Shown: positions 50,260 to 58,438 of the stretch, one piece after another
Position numbering within the stretch: position 1 is the stretch's first letter
Layout of the letters: every line of letters begins with the position of its first letter
DNA from: Vicugna vicugna
Taxonomy: Eukaryota
Assembly: GCA_013265495.1 (NCBI GenBank)
Contig: MU057951.1
Span: 223,008-281,445 of the forward strand
Length of the DNA stretch: 58,438 bases
Direction of reading: 5' to 3'
Made by a program: the position numbers and the translations under genes
Notes under the pieces: generated by a model
The model's input: only the letters and a program-made list of their open reading frames with translations
Databases searched by the model: none
What the model was told of the DNA's origin: nothing

Positions 50260-53200
50260 GAAATGAGAATCTCACAACTGGAAAGGTGATATCTCATGAC
50301 TTACAAATAAAGTAAACACGAAATTATAAAAGAAGATATACAAATCATTAAGAGTGGGAGAGTGAGGCAGGGAAAAGTGGAATTATTTTTTACTTTCTTT
50401 TTTAAATTGTGTTTTTCAGTAGGATGGATTTGAGATCATGTTAACATCAGTTTAAAAAAAACAGTTATACTAATGGGATAATAGACTTACAAAAAAGGGT
50501 AACCACATGCCAAAAACCTACAAGGGAGTCACAAAATCTAAGTAAAATCCATGATAAGACAAAGGAAAATTACCAAACCACAAAAGAAAGAAGAAAAGAA
50601 CAAAGAGGATCTATCAAATCAACTGCAAACTGAAGTTCAAAATGACAATAAATGCACATCTATCATTAATGACTGTAATGTTAATGGACTAATTGCTCCA
50701 GTCAAAAGACCTAGAGTGGCAAACTGGATAATAAAGCAAGAACCTTCAATAAGCTGGATACAAGAAACCAACTTTAGGGAGAAGGACACATATAGATTGA
50801 GAGTAAAAGGATGGAAAAGGATATTCCATGCAAGTGGAAAAGCCAAAAAAGCAGGTGTTGCAGTTGAATTCAGACAAAATAGACTTTAAAACAAAGGCCA
50901 TAAAGAAAAATAAAGAAGGACATTTTATAATGATTAAATGAGTGACACATGATGAGGATATTACACTCTTTAATATATATGCAGGCAATATAGGAGTACC
51001 TAAGTACATAGAATAATTACTAACAGAGATAAAGAGGGATATTGAGGGGAATACAATCATAGTTGGAGATTTTAACACTGCATTAACATCACTAGACAGA
51101 TCTTCCAAACAGAAAATAAATAAGGCAAATAAATAGAGAAATTAAATAATAGTACACAAAATCTAGATTTGGTTGAAATTTTCAGAGCATTACACCCACC
51201 AAAAATAGAATATACATTCTTTTCAAGTGCACATTGAACATTTTCCAGAATTGATCATGTACTTGGGCACAAAAGAAACCTGAACAATTTTAAGAAGATT
51301 GAAATTATCTTAAGCATCTTTACTGACCACAGTGCCATGAAACTATAAATCAACAACAGAGAAAGATAGGAGAAAAAAAGGAAAGCAGGGAGATTAAACA
51401 ATGTTATTAAAGAAATAAATGGATCAATGAGGAAATCAACGCTGAAATTAAAAAATACCTTGAGACAAATGACAATGAAATCGCAACCACTCAAAATCTA
51501 TGGGCACAGCAAAGGCATTGCTAAGAGGGAAGTTTATAGTGATACAGGCCTTCTTCATAAAAGAACTATCTCCAATAAACAGTTTAACCCAGCAGCTGAA
51601 TGAATTAGAAAAATAACAAAAAGCCCCAAAAGGCAGCAGAAAGAATTAAATTATACAGATCAGGGAAGAAATAAATACAATAGAGTTTAACAAGACCATA
51701 GAAAAATCAACCAAACCAAAAGCTGGATTTTTGAAAAAGTAAGTAAAATCGACAAACCTCTGGTCAAACTCACAAAGAAGAAAAATGAGAGAGAACAAAT
51801 TAGCAAAACAAGAAAACAAAATAGAGAAATTACAACAAATAAAATTGAAATACAGAATATCATACAAGAATATTATGAAAAACTATATGGAACCAAACTG
51901 GATAACCTAGAGGAGATGGACAAGTTTCTGGAAACATACAGTCCACCAAGACTGAATCAAGAAGAAACTGACCACTTTAACAAACACATCACGAGAAAGG
52001 AAATAGGAATAGCAATTAGAAACCTCCCTACAAATAAAAGTCCATGAACGGATGACTTCACTGGTGTATTCTACCAAACATACAAAGAGAAATTCATACC
52101 AGTCCTTCCCAAACTCTTCCAGAAGATTGAAAAGGAGGGCATGCTCCCAAACTCATTCTATGAAGCCACCAACACCCTGACACCAAAATCAGGCAAAGAC
52201 ACTACCAAAAAAGAAAATTATAGGCCAATATCACTGATAAGTATAGATGGCAAATTCCTCACCAAAATATTAGCAAATAGATTCCAACAACTCTTATAAA
52301 AGATTGTACAGCATGACCAAGTAAGGTTCATCCCAGGGACACAAAGGTGGTTCAACATATGCAAACCAATCAATGTAATACATCATATCAACAAGATTAA
52401 GGACAAAAACCACATGATCATCTCAATACATGCAGAAAAAGCATTTGATAAAATTCAACACTCATTTATGATAAAAACACTCACCAAAGTGGGTATAGAG
52501 GGAACATATCTCAACATAATAAAAGCTATATATGACAAACCTACAGCCAGTATAGCACTCAATGGTGAAAAACTCATAAGCTTCCCACTAAAATCTGGGA
52601 CAAGGATGCCCACTGTCACCACTCCTATTCAACATAGTCCTGGAAGTCCTAGCCACAGCAATCAGGCAAGAGAGAGAAATAAAAGGGATCCAAATTGGAA
52701 AAGAAGAGGTAAAAGTGTCACTATATCCCGGCAATAGGTTCCTATATATAGAAAACTCTACAAGGTCCCCAGACAAACTACTAGGGCTGATCGAAGAATT
52801 TAGCTATTTAGCAGGTTACAAAATTAATGTTCAAAAATCAGTTGCATTTCTTTACACTACCAATGAATCAAAACAAAAAGAAAGTAATGAAACAATTCCC
52901 TTTAAAATAGCACCCAAACTAATAAAATTTCTGGGACTAAATCTAACCTAGGAGGTGAAAGAATTATACACAGAAAACTATAAAGCATTGATGAAGGAAA
53001 TTAAAGAAGACTTTAAAAAATGGAAAGATATTCCATGCTCTTGGAATGGAAGAATCAATATTGTTAAAATGGTCACACTGCCCAAGGCAATCTACAGACT
53101 TAATGCAATCCCTATCCAATTACCCAGGACATATTTCACAGAACTAGAACAAATCATAATAAAATTTGTATGGAAACATCAAAGACCTTGAATTGCCAAA

Positions 53201-54745
53201 GCATTACTGAAGAGAAAGTAAGAGGCTGGATGAAAAACTCTCCCAGACTTCTGACAATACTATAGAGCCACAGTCATCAAGACAGCATGGTATTGGTACA
53301 AAAACAGACATAAACACCAATGGAACAGAATAAGAAGCCCTGAAGTGAACCCACAAATTTTTGGTCAACTAATCTTCAACAAAGGAGGCAAGAATATATA
53401 ATGGAATAAAGACAGTGTGTTTAGCAAATAGTGTTGGGAAAACTGGACAGCAGCATTTAAGACAATGAAGCTAGAACACTCCCTTACACCATACACAAAA
53501 ATCAACTCAAAATGGATGAAAGACTTAAACATAAGACAAGATACAATAAACCTTCTAGAGGAAAACAGGGAAACATTATCTGTCATACATCACAAAAATT
53601 TTCTCCTAGAAGAAATAAAATCAAGAATAAACAAATGGGACCTAATGAAACTTACAAGCTTTTGCACAGCATAAGAAACCATAAGTAAAACAGAAAGACA
53701 ACCTACAGAGTGGCTGAAAATTTTTACAAATGAAACCGACAAAGGCTTGATCTCCAGAATATATAAGCAGCTCATGCGACTCAATAAGAAAAAAATAAAC
53801 AATCCAATCCAAAAATGGGCAGAAGACCTAAACAAGTAATTCTCCACAGAAGACATACAAATGATCAAAAGGCACATGAAAAAACACTCAATATCACTAG
53901 TTATCAGAGAAATGCCAATCAAAACTACAATGAGGTATGACTTCACACCAGTCAGAATGGCCGTCATTCAAAAATCCAAAAATGACAAATGCTGGAGAGG
54001 CTATGGAGAAAGGGGAACCCTCCTACACTGCTGGGAATGCATTTTGATGTAGCCACTATGGAAAACAGTGTGGAGATTCCTCAAACGATTAGGAATACAC
54101 TTACCATATGACCCAGGAATCCCATTCCTGGGCTTATATCCAGAAGGAACCCTACTTCAGGATGACACCTGCACCCCAATGTTCATAGCAGCAGTATTTA
54201 CAATAGCCAAAACATGGAAACAGCCTAAATGTCCATCAACAGGTGACTGGATAAAGAAGAAGTGGTATATTTATACAATGGAATACTACTCAGCCATTAA
54301 AACCGACAACATAATGCCATTTGCAGCAACATGGTTGCTCCTGGAGAATGTCATTCTAAGTGAAGTAAGCCAGAAAGAGAAAGAAAAATGCCATATGAAA
54401 TCACTCATATGTGGAATCTAAAAAACAAAAACGAACATACAAACAAAAACAAAGCATAAATACAGGACAGAAATAGACTCGTAGGCATAGAATACAGATT
54501 TGTGGTTGCCAGGGGGGCGGAGGGTGGTTAGGGATAGACTGGGATTTCAAAATTGTAGAATAGATAAACAGGATTATACTGTATAGCACAGGGAAATATG
54601 CACAAAATCTTATGGTAGCTCACAGAGAAAAAATTGTGACAATGAGTGTATATGTCCATGTATGACTGAAAAATTTTGCTGAACACTGGAATTTGACACA
54701 ACATTGTAAAATGATTATAAATCAATAAAAAATTTAAAAAAAGAA
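50260..54745 (+). mobile_element. L1 spacer, ORF2 and 3'UTR (lacks 5'UTR and ORF1), degraded
   Basis: Starts at 'gaaatgagaatctcacaactgg' (equivalent to 45776); ORF2 fragments at 52414, 52715, 52955, 53465 and 54068; polyA at about 54725-54745. Confidence 0.95.
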
Positions 54746-54959
54746 AATGAAAAAAGAACTGAAGCCAGTTTTCCTCACATGTGCATTGTGCATGTCCATT
54801 ATTTTATAGAGAAATATAGAGTAATCTATAGTTTTAAGTCATTTAGACATCATTATCATAGTATGAACAAATGACACAGTGTGAAATGAAAGGAGGTATC
54901 ACTTTATATGTTCCAAAAACTGTTATTTAAATTCATATTAGAAGCAACAATGTCATTAG

Positions 54960-55580
54960 TAAAGATTTAAATCAAAATCCACCTGAACTAAGCCATTTTC
55001 CTCATATGTCCCCTAAACTGGAAAGAGAATTTTTCTTATGACTTCTTGAGTCATAAGATGAGCTAACAAGTATCATGGCCAACTGGTCATTTCATTGGAA
55101 AACTGATAAAAATCAGGTTGCTCACATTACAGATTGACATCATGGACTGACAAAAGATGTTTCCAAGGCTACACATAGATGATCTTGAGCCCAAGGAAAA
55201 CCAATTATGTATTTTTCTAACCAAACTGGGTGAGTCAAGATTCCATAAATCAATTGATTCCTGTTAGGAGCTACCCAGTATTCATCCAATGAAAACGAGT
55301 ATTTGGGCCAGATGTAGAACAGGCATCATTAATTGGCCAGGTAAGAGGACCTCACTTAGTGATATTGGTGGTAACATTAGCTTGTATAGTGCTAGAGTTA
55401 CTCTCTTTAAAATAAAATTTCTAGGGACCATACAATTAGAGCCTTGGTGAAGAGAAATCAGTCAAGGCAACATGGAAGTACTGAACATAGGTAATTGGCT
55501 ACAAACCAAGCAGTTGGATAAATTTTTGAAACATGCTTATGATTGAGTACAAGAAATACGTTTGGTCCCTAAGCAAAAAT
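54960..55580 (-). pseudogene. Probable ERV env (SU N-terminal) remnant
   Basis: Minus-strand translation from about 55524 gives NLSNCLVCSQLPMFSTSMLP*LISLHQGSN, resembling the N-x-S-N-C-W-x-C motif of gamma-type Env; 'FA*GPNVFL' lies just upstream in another frame. Confidence 0.5.
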
Positions 55581-55588
55581 GTGGGAAA

Positions 55589-57641
55589 TTTTTTTTGTTT
55601 TTACTTTTTTCTTGAAGTATCATGAGTTAAAATGTGTCAATTTCAGATACACCGCACAATGTCCCAGTCATGCATATAAATACATATATTAATATTCATA
55701 TATTTTTCATTAAATGTTTTTATAAGTATTGAACATAATTTACAGTGTTAGAAAGCAGAAATTTCTCTTTTCTTTAATCTATTTTTATGTATAGTGGCCA
55801 ACATTTGTAAATCTCAAATTTCCAAATTTATCCCTTCCCACCCCCTTTCCCGAGTAACCATAAGATTGCTTACTACATTTATGGGACTCTTTCTGTTTTG
55901 TGGATAAGTTCATAGTGTTTGTTTGTTTGTTTGTTTGTTTATTTATTTATTTATTTATTTATATTCCATTTATTTAGATTCCACATTTGAGTGATATCAT
56001 GGGTTTTTTTTTCTCTTTGCGGCTTACTTCATTTAGAGTGACAATCTCTAGGTCCATCCATGTTGCTGTAAGTGATGTTATTTTATTATTTTTAATGGCT
56101 GAGTTGTATTCCATTGTATAAATCTACTACAAGTTCATCCAGTCTTCTGTCAATGGACATTTAGGTTGTTTCCATGTCTTGGCTACTGTAAATATTGCTT
56201 TTATGAACATTGACGAGCATGCATCTTTTGAATTAGAGTTCACTCCAGATATATGCCCAGGAGTGGGATTGTTAGATCACACGGTAAGATTATTTTTAGT
56301 TTTTAGAGAAATCTCCATACTGTTTTCCATAATGGCTTCACCAAACTACAGTCCCACCAACAACATATAAGGGTTCCCTTTTCTTCACACATTCTCCTGC
56401 ATTTATCATTCATAGACCTTTGAATGATGGCCATCCTGATTGGTGTGACCACCTCATTGTAGTTTTCATTTGCATTTCTCTGTTAATTAGTGATATTGAG
56501 CATTTTTTTCATGTGACTATCGGCCATTTGTATGTCTTCATTGGAGAATTGCTTGTTTAGGTCTTCTGACCATTTTTGGATTGGATTATTTATTTTATTT
56601 TATTTTATTTTTGTTATTACATTATATGAGCTGTTTACATATTCTGAAATTTAAGCCTTTGTCAGTCAAATCATTTGCAAATATTTACTCCCATTCCTTG
56701 TACTATTGTTTTGTTTTACATATGGTTTCTTTTATTATGCAAAAGTTTATAAATTTAATTAAACCCCACTTTATTTTTGCTCTTATATCTATTGCCTGGG
56801 TAGACTGCTCTAGGAGAACATTGCTAAGATTTATGTCAAATAATGTTTTGCCTATGTTTTATACTAGGAGGTTTCTTGTGTCTTGTCTTATATTTAAGTT
56901 CTTAAGCCATTTTGTCTTGGGTGATGTGTAGATTGCCTTGGGTAGTATTTCATTTATTTACTCCTTGATATTTCTTATTTCCTTCCTTCTGCTGACTTTT
57001 GGTTTTGTTTGCTCCTCTTTTTCTAATTCTTTTAGCTAATAGATTAGATTGCTTTTTGAGATTGTTCTTGATTTTTGAGGAATGCTGGTATCGCTATGAA
57101 CTTCCATCTTAGGATTATTTTTTTCTGCATCCCATAGATTTTGTGTGGTTGTGCTTACATTTTGTTTCCCATAAAGTATTTTTACATCCTTCTTTGATTT
57201 CATCATTGACCCATTGGTTCTTTAGTACCAAGTTGTTTAATTTACATGCTGTAGTCTTTTTCTCCTTTGTTTTTCTGTGGTTGATTTCTAATTTCATAGC
57301 ATTCTAGTAAGAAAATATACATGAAATAATTTCTATCTTCTAAAATTTATTGAGGCTTCTTTTGTGCCTCAGTACATGATCTATCGAAGAGAATGTTCTA
57401 TGCACACTTGAAAAGAATTTATATTCTAATTTGAGGTGATATAATGTCTTAAAACTATTAATCAACTCCAAATGTTCTATTGTGTCATCTAGTTTCTCCA
57501 CTGCCTTATTGATTTTCTGTCTGGAAGACAGATCCTGTGATGTTAATGGGATGTTAAAGTCTCCTATATATTTGTGTTCCCATCAATTTCTTTCTTTATA
57601 TCTGTAAGTATTTGTTTTATGTATTTAGATCCTCCTATATT
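55589..57641 (-). mobile_element. Older L1, 3' end plus discontinuous ORF2 pieces
   Basis: T-tract at 55589, antisense 3'UTR and ORF2 C-terminus to about 56915, then jumps to earlier ORF2 segments; 57115-57297 reads KLEINHRK...NQWVNDEIKE. Confidence 0.92.
55917..55962. repeat. Compound microsatellite (GTTT)n(ATTT)n within an L1 3'UTR
   Basis: Directly visible. Confidence 0.9.
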
Positions 57642-58438
57642 GGACTTCCGGGCAAGATGGCGGAGTAGAAGGACACTTGTAAGTCACCCTCTCCCACAAA
57701 TACACCAAGACCCACATCTACAGACCCACTCAGCCAACCAGAGCACCTGCGGAACTCCAACAGATCATCGCCCTCTTCAAAAGATAAAGACGCCAAAAAT
57801 CTGGTAGGAGAAAAGGAAAAAAGAAAGAACAAAAGGCAAAGCAGCGCAGGACGGGTCGCGTGGGGAGGGAGTGGCAAAGGAGGACTGGCGCTTGCTCGCT
57901 GGGTCTCCCCTCTCCAACTGAGAGGCCACCGGGATGGAGGGGGAGCCTCCAAGGCTCAGATCTGTACAGAGCAGCCCTTGTCTGACAGAACTAAGTTAAA
58001 TGGGCACAGAGCGTCCCCCCGATACCCAGCCTGAGATGCGGGCCGGCAGCGGCGGGCAGGGCCAGGCTGCACAAGCCGGGCGGAGGACGGGGGCGGCTTC
58101 ACGGAGGCAGCTCCGGGGGACTGCAAGGGGCTGGGCGCCAGGGCTGTGGGTGTACAGGACAGAACAACCTGGGCCCTCCATAAAACAGCAAGGTTGATGT
58201 GCTCTCAGGGGAAGGGTGCATAACCCCATCTCTGAAAACCCGCGGAAACTTTTCAGGGGAAGAGGGGTGGGGTCCAGGCAGAGCCGCCATATTCTCCGGC
58301 GCTTAGCACCCAGGCGGGGGCAGAGGCGAAATCTGCGTCCGCACCGAAGGGCTTAGCAGCCTCAAGGGCCAGATTGAGACGGGCCTACAGCCCTGGGCAG
58401 ATAGGATCCTTCCATTCTGGTCCCCCAGAGAACTTGCT
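57642..58438 (+). mobile_element. Young L1 5'UTR, runs off the window end
   Basis: 'ggacttccgggcaagatggcggagtagaagg'; nearly collinear with 24489+ and 43121+; interrupts the endonuclease-coding region of the minus-strand L1. Confidence 0.96.

Noticed and set aside
55034..55058. Hairpin TCTTATGACT-N5-AGTCATAAGA
   Set aside because: A 10-bp stem is plausible by chance in 58 kb of AT-rich DNA and has no functional context.
1..58438. CRISPR array, prokaryote-type system or host gene
   Set aside because: No repeat-spacer array, operon or spliced host ORF; all recognisable coding similarity is to L1 or ERV.

Overview
Non-genic mammalian DNA made almost entirely of transposable elements. A Vic-1-type tRNA-derived SINE near 34.7 kb points to a camelid (camel, alpaca or llama). 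About 85-90% of the window is LINE-1 from several age layers, nested in one another. It includes one essentially full-length young L1 (43121-50259; ORF1 nearly intact, ORF2 disabled), a second young copy with a TSD and two N gaps (24489-30764), an older full-length minus-strand copy (5910-14264), and many degraded older copies. Also present are ERV1-class LTRs and internal remnants, two MLT1B-like LTRs, a solo LTR with a 4-bp TSD and an env-like remnant. I see no host protein-coding exon, RNA gene or CRISPR array, and no evidence of a new biological system. The best observations concern genome structure and L1 evolution: (1) a probable local inversion bounded by two inverted, homogenised L1 3' ends; (2) a locally templated 97-bp insertion with an 11-bp flanking duplication; (3) lineage-specific ORF2p changes (Y-type RT motif, 6-aa in-frame deletion); (4) a candidate ORF in the long inter-ORF spacer; (5) missing host sequence at several nested junctions. 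Family names come from recalled consensus sequences, not a database search, and boundaries of old elements are approximate.
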